Assembly: GCF_006345805.1 (NCBI RefSeq)
Contig: NC_043011.1
Coordinates: forward strand, 62,818,464-62,882,463
Source of the DNA: Octopus sinensis
Taxonomy: Eukaryota
Reading direction: 5' to 3'
Length of the DNA stretch: 64,000 bases
In this document: in pieces, positions 14,568 to 26,796 of the stretch
Layout: each line of letters opens with the position of its first letter
Position numbering within the stretch: the first letter of the stretch is position 1
Notes under the pieces: model-generated
Databases searched by the model: none
What the model saw: only the letters and a program-made list of their open reading frames with translations
Told to the model about the DNA's origin: nothing
Program-made: the position numbers and the translations under genes

Positions 14568-14769
14568 AATTAGAAAAATACCACCTTTTATCAATTCAAT
14601 AATGGAAAATTAAATTATACCATTTAGAAAAATTAGATATTATAGAAAGATTAAATATAAGAAAAACATATAACGATGATTAAGTGATGTGCAAAATAGT
14701 AAATAAAACGTATATATTTGGTAGTATAACGACACATGTTACGTGGCTATATATATACATATACGCGCA

Positions 14770-14814
<45 letters not shown>

Positions 14815-15130
14815 TTACGCATTTTTATACCTGTTTACACACATACATGTATCCATGTAACATTCATGTATGTGTATAAGTGGAATTATTGGGTAAGTAT
14901 ATTTAAATTCTGTCGCCATTTGCCAGAATTCATTGTTCTTTACATACATCTAAGTATTAATGACAACAGCGACCACAACAGCAATAATAATAATCCTTTC
15001 TACTATAGCAGAAGGACTGATGAAATGTTGAAAGTCAAAGTCGGTCTCAGCGGAATTCCAATCCAGAGCGTGGTGACGGGCGAAATACCGCTAAGGATTT
15101 CGTCCACCATTCTACCCATTCTTCTAGCTC

Positions 15131-15148
15131 GTAATAATAATAATAATA

Positions 15149-15189
<41 letters not shown>

Positions 15190-15221
15190 TAACGATAATA
15201 ATAATAATAATAATAATAATA

Positions 15222-15255
<34 letters not shown>

Positions 15256-15285
15256 TATAATAATGATAATGATAATAATAATAAT

Positions 15286-15381
<96 letters not shown>
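15131..15381. repeat. ~250 bp (AAT)n microsatellite
   Basis: Direct inspection. Confidence 0.95.
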
Positions 15382-15382
<1 letters not shown>

Positions 15383-15642
15383 GATGGGTTACTGGATGGG
15401 AGCGGGATGGGTTACTCAACCTGAAGAAAATTCTAACTGGGTCCCACCTGCAAGGTCATGTGCTGTTTATCTTGATATGAGATCACCATGTCGCGCACAT
15501 ATGGTTGTGATGCATATGCCTGGTGTACCCTTATCAGACGGGTAGTCATGATGGGTATGCTGGGCTTCGTATATTTTTACCCCAGTGTCACTTTGATATC
15601 ATGCACTGCTCTCTCATTCAATAATAATAATAATAATAATAA

Positions 15643-16110
15643 TAAGACTGTCGAAAGTGTGGAAAATGTGACGCACTTCGTATGTGGATGCGAGAGTCTA
15701 GCTCAAAAAGAATACAAGCGCCACCACGATTAACTGTGCGTTAACTTCATTGGCTCTTATGCCGTAAATAGCAATAAGAATTGAAAGGGAGAACTGTTCT
15801 GAGCATGTACCAATTAAAGTTTTGCAGTAGGATGGTAAAGTAACGATACAATTGGACTATAATTTTTAAATGGATCGTGTAATCGAACACCGTGAACATA
15901 GTACTGGGCTACCTTCTAATGGTTAATGGTTTCAAACAACTATTTATTAATGACGTCACAAACATAGAAAAACCTGGAGTGAATGTAAAGTAAGAGTGGT
16001 GGAAATGAGCGCTGGCTCCCGAAGCAGCATGTAAATATTAGCTGGAAAAATTGGGTCAAAAGACTTTGAATAGAATTGGAAATACTAAGGATTTGGGAAT
16101 TGCTGCCAAA
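15643..16110 (+). mobile_element. Decayed R4/Dong-type non-LTR retrotransposon fragment (zinc knuckle and restriction-like endonuclease region)
   Basis: ENVTHFVCGCESLAQKEYKRHHD, then LHWLLCRK after a frameshift, later LFINDV; begins directly after (AAT)n. Confidence 0.7.
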
Positions 16111-17109
16111 GCTTGCAGAGATTGCATTTTTGTTTCCGAAAAGAAATAGTCGTTTATCAATTGTTATGTATACGTTATTATGATAGATACAGGTTCAGAG
16201 CATAGGAGGGAGCGCTAAAATGTTCCTGGTTTTAAGGGTGTAGCGGAAGGCCTCGTTAGAGACACAATGTTCTGAGTCCTTTTGCAAGGCTTAGAAAATC
16301 TGAAGGACCGATGCAATAACTATGAAGCTCAGAGGGGAATATGTTGAATAAAATCATAATTAACTGATTCTCCTCTATTTTCTTTTACTCAAAACCAGGA
16401 ATTTTTAGAAATCAAGTGTTGTTGTTTTTGCTAACCAGATCATAGAAATCCACCCCTAATATAGATGAGATCTATTTTTAAGTTATTATTGACTTTAGTT
16501 GGGCCCATTAATGCATCCATTTTGAGACGGAAAAATTTAAAATCGCAGAGAGAAATGCCTGTATATTTCTAGCTGTTCAATTGAGCATCTAAATAGTCAC
16601 CTTCACACTTTACTTGGGCCTTGTGAACATATACAAGCACTTATAGAGTAGGTAATTTTCTCAGCGTTTATAGACTCCAATAGTTCTTCACATGATTGCA
16701 GTATAAAGATTTTCTTTGGCAATCATATGCTCAGTGCCATTACAGAGAATTCTTGGAATGTTTTGTGTACTTTGTAGGTGCATGCATTGCTACGAAAGTT
16801 GACAAGCGCAAACTTTACGCATGGGGACCGATTGGCACTGAAGATGTTCAGAACAGGACGAATGGCCGGAGCATATTTCCAACGCAATAACGCTTCGGTC
16901 AGCTTTTGACGAAATATTATACTATATTCTTCACGCTTGCATTCACACTCAGACACACACACACGCACATATATATGTATATACATGTGTGTATATATAC
17001 ATGCAAACATATATATACTATATTCTACACGCTTGCATGCACACACAGACACACACACACACGCACATATATATGTATATACATGCGTGTATATATATGC
17101 ATATATATA

Positions 17110-17145
<36 letters not shown>

Positions 17146-17259
17146 CTATATATAATCTATATATAATCTATATATAATCTATATATAATCAATATATAAT
17201 CTAAAATAAACCCTATAAAGAATTGAATATAAAGAAACCTATTATTAAAGTTCTCATAT

Positions 17260-17370
17260 TTGAAGACATGAAACAATTGTAGTGGCGGTTTATTTATTTT
17301 ATATTAAAATTTTTATGTATTGATTAAGTCTTTCCTTGTTTGTTTTGCAAAATAGTGGTTTTGTCTCGAA

Positions 17371-17435
<65 letters not shown>

Positions 17436-17707
17436 ATAAATATTAGGGAATAAATCCAAATTTACAGGGAAAAAATCAGATTTAGGATTAAATCCAATTT
17501 TATAGTAAAATATTATAAAATATTATTAGAGACAAAACCTCAGTCAGTTTCATAATTTGAAACTGACTTATTGGAAGTCCACCTGAAGATTGTCGATCAA
17601 GACAAGAAACAATTGTAGTGGCGTTTTTTTGACTATTTATTAAAATTTTACGTATTGATTAAGTCTTTCCTTGTTTGTTTTGCAAAATAGTGGTTTTGTC
17701 TCTAATA

Positions 17708-17716
<9 letters not shown>
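17260..17716 (+). mobile_element. TA-flanked element with tandem terminal repeats, a short inverted repeat and a hammerhead (PLE pLTR-like)
   Basis: Direct repeat ~17270-17375 vs ~17606-17712; inverted repeat ataaaatattattagagacaaaacc ~17515-39 vs ~17692-716; 11-bp hairpin 17542-68. Confidence 0.7.
17579..17621 (+). ncRNA. Canonical minimal type I hammerhead ribozyme motif
   Basis: ccac CTGAAGA ttgtc-gatcaa-gacaa GAAA CAATTG TA gtgg: all core nucleotides present, 4-bp stem I, 5-bp stem II, palindromic stem III, GUA site at 17617. Confidence 0.85.
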
Positions 17717-17757
<41 letters not shown>

Positions 17758-18149
17758 ATATATATATACATATATAATGTGAATCACGATCTGAAATTTA
17801 TTATATCAATATGATATATAACACCAAAGCAATGTGGCAATACATCACTGGAAATTCATCTTGATACATATAGAATGTTGTTTAAAAATGAATAATGGGA
17901 TTTGATATTTGGCTGTGAACCACTTTTCGACAGAATATTAATTCCATCGGCGTGCACCATATTCATTAAAATGATTCTCCACTGGGCAACACTTTATAAA
18001 ATCCAATTTCACTATTCGAATCTATCTTTATTTTAGTGATGACTTATTTCTCTTTTGAAAGACTTCCCACCTTATATACATATGTGCGCGCGTGCGTGTG
18101 AATGTCTGCCTGTGTGACATACATATATATATATATACAAATGTATATA

Positions 18150-18553
18150 CTCTTTACTCTTTTACTCTTTTACTTGTTTCAGTCATTTGACTGCAGCAAT
18201 GCTGGTGCACCGCCTTTAGTCGAGCAAATCGACCCCGGGATTTATTCTTTGTAAGCCCAGTACTTATTCTATCGGTCTCTTTTGCCGAACCGCTAAGTGA
18301 CGGGGACGTAAACACACCAGCATTGTTGTCAAGCAATGCTAGGGGGACAAACACAGACACACAAACATATACACACACACTTATATATACATATATACGA
18401 CAGTCTTCTTTCAGTTTCCGTCTACCAATCCACTCACAAGGCATTGGTCGGCCCGGGGCTATAGCAGAAAACACTTGCCCAAAATGCCACACAGTGGGAC
18501 TGAACCCGGAACCATGTGGTTGGTTAGCAAGCTACTTACCACACAGCTTCTCC
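18150..18553 (-). mobile_element. Full-length CORE-like octopus SINE
   Basis: Close reverse-complement match to 52698-53100, including head, internal microsatellite and (aaaagagt)n tail. Confidence 0.85.
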
Positions 18554-19054
18554 TATATATACAAATTACATACATACATACATACCTACACGCACACAAC
18601 ACATATTTATTGGTCTTTATTGTTATTTATAATTGTATAGCATTTTCTCCGTTTTTTTTTGTTTCCTTTGTCTTTCTTGTACAAATTCGTTTGTTGTCTT
18701 CCAAGAAATGCTTTTGTAAATATGCGATCAATTTGGATGGCCATAACTTTGAACATAATTCGGCTTGTGAACGAGTGTCTACCTGATCTGGATTTACATG
18801 GGGCGAGCTTTTGACAATTACACACGAGAAAATTCTGTATTTGAAATTTTGTCTTACAAAATGCAAGAAATAGCAGTTAATCTATTTCATGTTGAACTTC
18901 CGCATAATACTAGAAGAGAGGGAAAGAGAGAAAGAGAGTGAAGCAGAGAGAGGGAGGAAGGAAGGCATTACATACTGGTATCCTTAAAGATAGGAAATTA
19001 AAAGTTGCATGGATCTTTGATTTCAGTCTATACGATTATTACTTACATTGGAGT

Positions 19055-19365
19055 GGAGGCACATGGCCTAGTGGTTAGAGCAGCGGACTCGCGGTCGAGG
19101 GATCCCGGGCTCGAATCTCAGACCGGGTGATGTGTGTGTTTATGAGCGAAACACATAAGCACAACGCGGCTCCGGCAGAAGGTAATGGCGAACTTCTGTT
19201 GACTCTTTCGCCATACCTTCCTCTCACTCTTTCCTCCTGCATCTTGCAGCCTACCTGCGACGGACCGGCGTCCCGTCCAAGTGGGGAACCTATACGCCAA
19301 GGAAACCGAGAAACCGGCCCTTATGAGCCAGACATGGCTCGAGAAGGAACAACTTACCTTGGGAG
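19055..19365 (+). mobile_element. tRNA-derived SINE with Meta-like central domain
   Basis: A/B-box head ggaggcacatggcctagtggttagagc..gctcgaatc; cctgcgacggaccggcgtcccgtcc domain; second partial copy at 46744. Confidence 0.65.
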
Positions 19366-20108
19366 TTAAACAGCATACGCAACAGTCGCAAGTATAAATA
19401 GCTGAATCATACGTAACTTTAACGGCGAGAAATCAATTGCTTAAAAACATCTTACAGTTGTAATTTTGAATTGAAACGGCGTTTAGTTCAATATTTGCAG
19501 AGTTGATGTAAAATGCATGTAATTCATTGAGCTCTAAAGTTTTCACTGAGATCGATAATTTTAATCTCCACAGACATTCAGAACACTTTCCGTTGTGCAT
19601 TGAAATTGACAAATGTAATCACAAAGGAATTTGTAAGAGATTACAGACGAATGATGAATACTCTTAGATATTTCCTGATAAATTCCAAACCAGAGGACAA
19701 AGTCTATTGCCAAACATGCGATGGATTTAATGCCAACAAGAAAGATTTATGTATAGAGGTTCGAAACACACTTTAAAGGAGAATATGGGCGAAATGTGTG
19801 CAGGTGTAATTCACTAGTTGACTATTTTACAGAAGAGAGACGCAGTTTTGAGTCTCCATTTAAAATCGATCCCCACTCTCTCGCTCTCTACCTGTATGTA
19901 TGCAGGTATATATGTATCACACACAGCAATGCCGAACATTGGTGAGCGAAGATCTTAGAGACAGCAGGAAATATTTTGATTCTGTGTTATACAGCCATTT
20001 AAAATAAAATATCATTGTGTTGCATTATTATGTGTACGGAAACACACACACAATATGTGTTAATATGCACAGGTCGGTGTATATATATATATATTCATAC
20101 ATATATAT

Positions 20109-20172
20109 GGTGGTGCTATTAAGTTAGACATGGCCTGGGCCAATAATGGCCGAAACCTATCAAAGTATCAAA

Positions 20173-20174
<2 letters not shown>
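20109..20174 (+). mobile_element. Isolated 3' tail of LINE family B
   Basis: ggtggtgctattaagttagacatggcctgggccaata matches the reverse complement of ~59511-59547. Confidence 0.8.
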
Positions 20175-20216
<42 letters not shown>

Positions 20217-20311
20217 CGGGAAGCTTTATGAAAATAGACAAAAGACGAAGGCAGGTGGAAAACAAACAAACAATTGTATTAGTATGGCGCTCAGGAAATA
20301 TATATATATGA

Positions 20312-20354
<43 letters not shown>

Positions 20355-20620
20355 GCAATTAAGGACAACTACTTAATAAGGAAAACTTAACAAGAAATTG
20401 TCAGGTAGATAGCGTAAAAACCTCATAAGAGAAAAAATTTCGAAAATAATTATTTCTTATTGAACATATTAATTTATATATAGAGGGCATTATACATACA
20501 TGCCAGAAGGCATTATACATACATGCCAAACGCTAAGAGGGACAATTAGTCATTTCTACCAAAAATATTACTAATCCCACCGAATGCAATTTTTCAAAGT
20601 AAGACATTTAAAAAAATATA

Positions 20621-20666
20621 GACCTGTATCACAGTGATTTCATACTTACGTACTCATCAGCAGCCT
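20621..20666 (-). ncRNA. Minimal type I hammerhead motif
   Basis: Minus strand: aggctg CTGATGA gtac-GTAA-gtat GAAA TCAC-T-GTGA TA caggtc; GNRA loop on stem II; enclosed by a perfect 32-bp inverted repeat (20482-20513 / 20671-20702). Confidence 0.75.
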
Positions 20667-20698
20667 GAATATGCCTTCTGGCATGTATGTATAATGCC

Positions 20699-20766
<68 letters not shown>

Positions 20767-20856
20767 CGACATGTGCATATTAACACATATTGTGTGTGTG
20801 TTTCCGTACACATAATAATGCAACACAATGATATTTTATTTATTTATATATATATA

Positions 20857-20918
<62 letters not shown>

Positions 20919-20930
20919 TATAATATATAC

Positions 20931-20996
<66 letters not shown>

Positions 20997-21002
20997 TTAT
21001 TT

Positions 21003-21322
21003 ATTTATCTAGTTTCAGCTCACTAGCTGTAGCCATGCTGGGGCACCGCCATTTGGTGTTGCTACATGATTTTACTTCACGAATGCTTTTTAGCAATTGC
21101 CATTTGGTGCATGAGAGAGTTCGATGCAGCTGCCCTCATCTGCACCTCCTGCCGTGAAGTTGGTTCATTTGGGATACCCGAAAAGAAGAGATCCAGTTTC
21201 ATTTTAAAGACATCTGCATCCACCCCATGCAGGTCTTTTAGGTTCTTCGGGAGGATATTGAAGAGCTGTGGGCCTCGGAAGCCCAGGCTGACACTGCATC
21301 TTGTCCTACATCTTGATGGCAA
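21003..21322 (-). mobile_element. 3' fragment of CR1-group LINE family A
   Basis: LPSRCRTRCSVSLGFRGPQLFNILPKNL..MAIAKKHS closely matches the C-terminus of the 7367 copy and has the same tail. Confidence 0.9.
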
Positions 21323-21340
21323 ATATATATATATGTATAT

Positions 21341-21412
<72 letters not shown>

Positions 21413-21477
21413 ATCGATACTGGAAAAGTACATGTATTTGTGAAGGGAGCCTAATTCTCATCGACAACTATGATTGT

Positions 21478-21522
21478 CAGACGCCGATGACGGGTCAATA
21501 CCCTGAAACTCGAGTCCGTGTG
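21478..21522 (+). ncRNA. Minimal type I hammerhead motif with CCGAUGA core variant
   Basis: cagacg CCGATGA cgggt-caat-accct GAAA CTCGAG TC cgtgtg; palindromic ACTCGAGT stem III, GUC site. Confidence 0.7.
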
Positions 21523-22416
21523 TATCATAAGTTGAAGACGGGAAGGTTGGCTTCCCTTTGCAAATACTGATAGGACACAGGAAGTGTGTCTATAGCCAGC
21601 TGGAGGAGATGTCCTCCTGGGGCTACAAACTACAGTAGCATCCACCCTTAGGGTTTAGCCATATTCAAATGGCAAAGATACGTCATTATAATGTATATAT
21701 TTTCTTTCAAATACAATACGCACGCAAGCAGACGCACACATATGTGTGTATGTTTGTGTGTGTCTGTGTGTGTTTGTGTGTGAGTCTGTGTGTGTGTGTG
21801 CATCTATGCCTCTTCATCAAAAAAATTGCTCATATATCTGATTGTGCGTCTGTAATTGTTTTGTATATGCTCTTATATGCGTTCGCCCAAATACGCGCCA
21901 CCGAATATTCCGATGCGCCAAACAAATTATACCATGTATTATACCTTCGAATTCATTATTTAAATATCTTGACACAGTACTGCAGCAGTGAAAATAAAAC
22001 AAAAAAAACAAATATATATATATATATTTAAAGCACAAAGTTAAAACAAGACAAAAAGTGAGTGATTCGGTACTGACTACCATTTTCGAAGAATATGATG
22101 ATACATTTTGTAGTTAATGTATTGTTAACGGACCATCTTTCCCTCGCTGATTGTACGTTGTCGAATCTAGAATATTGTGTAATGATACAGAAGTATTTAC
22201 CGATTACCGCGATACGTAATCGATATATAAATTGTATGATTAAGGTTGCATGAAATCTGAGATCGATCAACGAAGATTTTGTGGTCTTTGGTGCGAATAG
22301 GCGTTTTTATGATATCTATTAAATATATTCTTATAGAAATTTACACTTGCAGAGATGTGAGTGCGAATGCACGCAGGCACAGATGACCACACGCACGCAG
22401 ACGGAATGTTCGCATT

Positions 22417-22464
<48 letters not shown>

Positions 22465-22562
22465 TATCGATTAGAGAATTACGTGCAATATATGCATGTA
22501 TAAATATATATGTATTGATATATGGATGTGTACGAGTGCAGGTGCCTTCATATGTGTGTGTA

Positions 22563-22597
<35 letters not shown>

Positions 22598-23499
22598 ATG
22601 TGTGTGTGCGCGTGTGTGCGGCGCACGTCGTGTATATATATATATATATATCGGGAGAGAAAAGGGAAGAGATAAATAGATAAATCGATCGACAGATACA
22701 ACGATCGATAGATAGGTAGGTATGTAGGTACGTAGATAGGTAGAAAGATACATAGATCGATAGATAAATAGATAAATCGATAGATAGATTGATATATATT
22801 TTATAGACTTCAAAGCCATAACGGGTTGCTCTAAAATTTTAGTTGATAAGACCAACATCCCCTTGGTGTATAATAATGTAAGAAAACCACTATAAAGGTT
22901 ACTAAACTGCCATTAAAACAATTAATTCTAACTTAAATCGTAGAAAGATTCATTTCCACTTAACTAAACAAACAATTTTGTTTACTGACGATAATGTTAA
23001 AGTTTATTAACCGTTGTACACAACTAAAGGTAATTGAAAATTAAGTTAAAATAGCCATATGTATGTGAAATTTTCTGTATACACATTCGTGACAGGTGAA
23101 GTAATGGTGTCCTCGCCCAACGAAGTCGAAATGCACCAGGTATTCTTGCAAGGCACTGTCGATCGATATTTCGTCTGCTTCCGATATATAGTATATTTTC
23201 CAATACTGCCTGGTCCAAGGTATTATATTATTTAGGATTATATTATTTAGGATAAACACGTTAGCAACATGCCTTATGAAACAAAGATAGGTGTTTAATT
23301 TAATGATGTCTCACTTGCGTATGCCATAGTAATTCAGCCTGGGGACAATATGCAATACTATCGAAGTATTATACTCTGTTTCCTATATCAGAACTACTAA
23401 TTGGCATCTAGGCATGTAGCTGGATTTGAAGGTAAGTGGCAAATCGTTTTGTCCTCAGCTTGGAAACTGTCGAAATGTACTTAAGTCGTGGCTTTCATT

Positions 23500-23895
23500 A
23501 TAAGTTTATATATGGCTGAGAGGTGCGGAGCTTACTGTGTGCCACCTTTGTGAAGTGTCTACTGCCATAGCCTAGGGCTGACCAAACCTTTGTAAATGGG
23601 TTTAGAAGACGGAAACTGGAAGAAGCAAATTGTACATATATATATGTATCTATGATTGTGTGTGTGTGTGCGTGTGTGTACGTGTGTGCGTGTTTGCGAG
23701 TGTTATTGTGTGTATGTGTGCATGTTTGTGCGTGTGTGTGTCTGAGTGTCTCCTTGCGTCTATGTCCCCTACGGGCACTCGACAACCTGATTATGTCCCC
23801 GCAACTTAGCTGTTTGGCAAGGGAGACTTGGCTTAAGAAAATTTCTAGATGGCGCGGCAGCATGGCTGTAGTCTGATGACTGAAACATGTAAGAG
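23500..23895 (+). mobile_element. Decayed CORE-like octopus SINE
   Basis: ccacctttgtgaagtgtctactgccatagcc..gacggaaactggaagaagc head and ..gactgaaacatgtaagag tail. Confidence 0.6.
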
Positions 23896-24611
23896 AATAT
23901 ATGAATGAATGTGTGTCTATGTGTGTGCGTGTATGATGTGTGTGTGTGTGTGTGTCTTCACCTACTTTGGAATTTAAAAAGGTGATGGTTCCTTATGCGC
24001 AGCTATGCAAACGAAATGGGGATGAGATATGGAAGGAATTAAGTGTCAAGTGATGAGCGAAAGAAATGAAGTGAAAATATAGTTTATGGATGAACATTTA
24101 TAACGATTTTAATGATACTCCCAGAAAATGTTCAAGATTTTCATTCGCTCTCAAAATGAAAGAAGAGCAAAACAAAAACAAAGAATAAGAAAAGGCTGGA
24201 GACATTTTTCATATTCTTCCTATAAATTCCTTCTTCATAAGAAAGTATTAATGATGCAGTCAATACCTACGTGACCATTTCTGTTTCGCTGCATTCTTTC
24301 CGTTTTATCGAGAAATTCGTGTCTAGTTAATATGCCTTATGGAATAAGTTATTGGAAAATCGACTCATAAAGACAGTGATAAGGAAAGCTATGAAATTGC
24401 GATTCATTATACTACATGACATATTCATAGTCAAAATGGAGCTTTTACGTAATCGCTAGGCTTGAAAAAATATCAGAGACATTGTACAACAGATCACAGG
24501 GTCAGGGAAAAGAATAGACAGGTATAGCCACACGCATCGTACACCTACACACAAACACACGTATATATATATATATTTATGCATGTGTGTGAGTTTCTAT
24601 GAAAGCACGGA

Positions 24612-24945
24612 AGAGGTCTGATCAATAAATATCCGAACTGTTGTCAGTGTAACGAAACCAAAACAGAGTGTAATGCCGCTTGACAAGGATTGGCCTTGAA
24701 CTCTGCTCTACAAGCGCTCTACATTTTAACAATCAAACTCACTTCGGCTCTTTACGGCAGTGTTTCGAAGGAAGGTGTGTAGCGTGTGGCCGTAGCATTG
24801 GCCATGTCAGAGAAAGTTGTCATGGCGATATATGCTCAGAAACCTACGCAAAGTTGCAGAAAGTGTATGGAGAGGGGTGAACGAGCCGCGCACAAGGCTA
24901 CGAATGGTTCGTACGTTTCCAAGATGGCCAAAAAGTGTCCATTGC
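24612..24945 (+). mobile_element. Mariner left end with N-terminal transposase relic
   Basis: TIR-like gaggtctgatcaataaatatccgaac, then SETYAKLQKVYGEG*TSRAQGYEWFVRFQDG helix-turn-helix region. Confidence 0.65.
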
Positions 24946-25264
24946 GCCTCCACTGAATGTATATATTGCCCCGGTGATTCATGAACGTAAGTATGGAATT
25001 CATCATATCATTTTACTATTTATAGTTTATTCTTTTTTTTCTTTTGTTCTTGTTCTTGTTGTAGCCTGTTGACTGCGGCAATGCTGGTGCCCCGCCTTTA
25101 ATCGAACAAATCGAGCCCAGGACTTATTGTTTGTAAGCCTAAAACTTATTCTAGCGGTCTTCTTTGCCGAAGCGCTACGTTGCGGGGATGTAAACACGTC
25201 AACATAGGTTGTGAAGCGATGTTTTGGACAAACACAGACATATAAATACACACAAACATATATA

Positions 25265-26294
25265 GGCAGAGGCGTGGCTGTGTGGTAACAAACTTGCCTC
25301 CAAATCACATGGTTCCTGGTTCAGTCTCAGTGCACGGTACCAAAGCCTTGTGAGAGTATTTAGTAGACTGAACGAAGTCCGTCGTATATATATATATATA
25401 TATATGAGTTAAACGCAGGTGTTATTCAAATTATTTTACTTCCGACATATGTTTCGAAGACAACATTGGTATTATTCCAGAAGGAATATAATGGTGTAAA
25501 ACAATACAATCTTCTCATCAGGGAAATAAATTAACCAAACATATCAATAAGACACTTGAACAGAATGTTATGACTGCGTATAATGATGAAGGGAACCCTA
25601 TTAATTTTTATTCAAAATAAAAACGTTAGTAGATATAGTGTCAAAGGTAGCATATAGAAAAAAGAGGAGAAGGAAAGAAATTAGTAAAAAACTAATAGTG
25701 GAGAAGTATAGAGCGATGAGTAAATTAGAATAAAGCTTAAAAGAGTGGAATTGGATATATTTAGTGGAAGTGAATTGTAAGAATATAATCAAAGGTAAAA
25801 TTATATAGAATGGTAGAAATCACTTATAGAAACTAATTTTGCAACGATAAACGCGTTCTATAAACTGGTTTACAACGGGATTCTTTGGCAATAGAATATA
25901 AAACATTTCGCTATTACAAAGCGAGCAGAAATATTTACCTTTATCATACGGTAAAGAAATAGAGAGAATATTCCATTCCAAATTAAATTGTTTAATATGA
26001 TCTTTTAGATACCAGATTAATTTACTAAGCCCTGTACGTGTGTGTGCGTGCGTGCGCGTGTGTTTTTTGGTATGTATTTGTGTATGTGTAGGCGTATATT
26101 TGCCCCACCATCGTCGGTTGACAACCGATGGTGGTGTGTTTATGTCTCCGTAAATTTAGCGGTTCGGCAAAAGAGACCAATAGGTTAAGTACTACGGTTA
26201 CAAAAAATAAGTCCTGGGGTCGATTCGTTCGAACTAAAGGCGGTGCTCTAACAAGGCCCACAGTCAGATGACCGAAATAAGTAAAAGAATAAAA

Positions 26295-26300
<6 letters not shown>
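25265..26300 (+). mobile_element. CORE-like SINE split into a 5' half (25265-25385) and a 3' half (26030-26300) by a hammerhead-bearing insert
   Basis: Head ends ..gaagtccgtcg(TA)n; 3' half resumes ttgacaaccgatggtggtgtgttt..ggcggtgctc..gaaataagtaaaaga. Confidence 0.7.
25435..25530 (-). ncRNA. Type I hammerhead motif (left arm)
   Basis: Reverse complement of the 27313-27408 motif; tcatcag at 25515-21. Confidence 0.75.
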
Positions 26301-26332
<32 letters not shown>

Positions 26333-26796
26333 GACGTGCTTCTTTCAGTTTCAATGTACCAAATCTACTCACAAGGCTTTGGTCGGCCTGAGGTTATAGC
26401 AGAAGACAATTGCTCAAGGTGCCATGCCGTAGGACTGAACATGGAACCATGTGGTGGGGAGCAAGCTAATTACTACACAGACACGATACATAAAAATTTA
26501 ATTTCACAAAAGCAAAATAAATAAAATAGAGAAAAAAAGGAAATACAGAAAAAAAACAGAATCCAGCCGTTGTGAAATTACATATTAGTAACATATCCGA
26601 CCGAATCTTACGTTCTCTAAACACGCGATGAATTATATTCATACCGTGTAATAATATATAACAGCTAAATAAAAGAAGAAAGTGCGAAATTTTGGCATAA
26701 TTCAAAGATCCAAGAATTATTGGGTTTGTACATAATCAGTGCGGCTTTTTTTCCACAAATTATTTCAACAAAAACAATAACAATTTTTAGCAAATA

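Larger units (their letters stand above)
25035..26470 (-). mobile_element. CORE-like SINE split into a 3' half (25035-25264) and a 5' half (26330-26470) by nested insertions
   Basis: Complementary halves in the same orientation, broken at the internal microsatellite. Confidence 0.65.

Noticed and set aside
19055-19130. tRNA-like sequences at SINE heads (also 46744, 52698)
   Set aside because: No complete cloverleaf; they continue into SINE bodies
19668-19758. Possible exon YFLINSKPEDKVYCQTCDGFNANKKDLCIE
   Set aside because: Weak donor (GTTCGA), no recognisable homology, and not phase-compatible with the next candidate exon
23872-23892. CTGATGA-ct-GAAACATGTA in a SINE tail
   Set aside because: No stem II; it is a mutated version of the SINE/LINE tail hairpin, so the hammerhead likeness is probably coincidental
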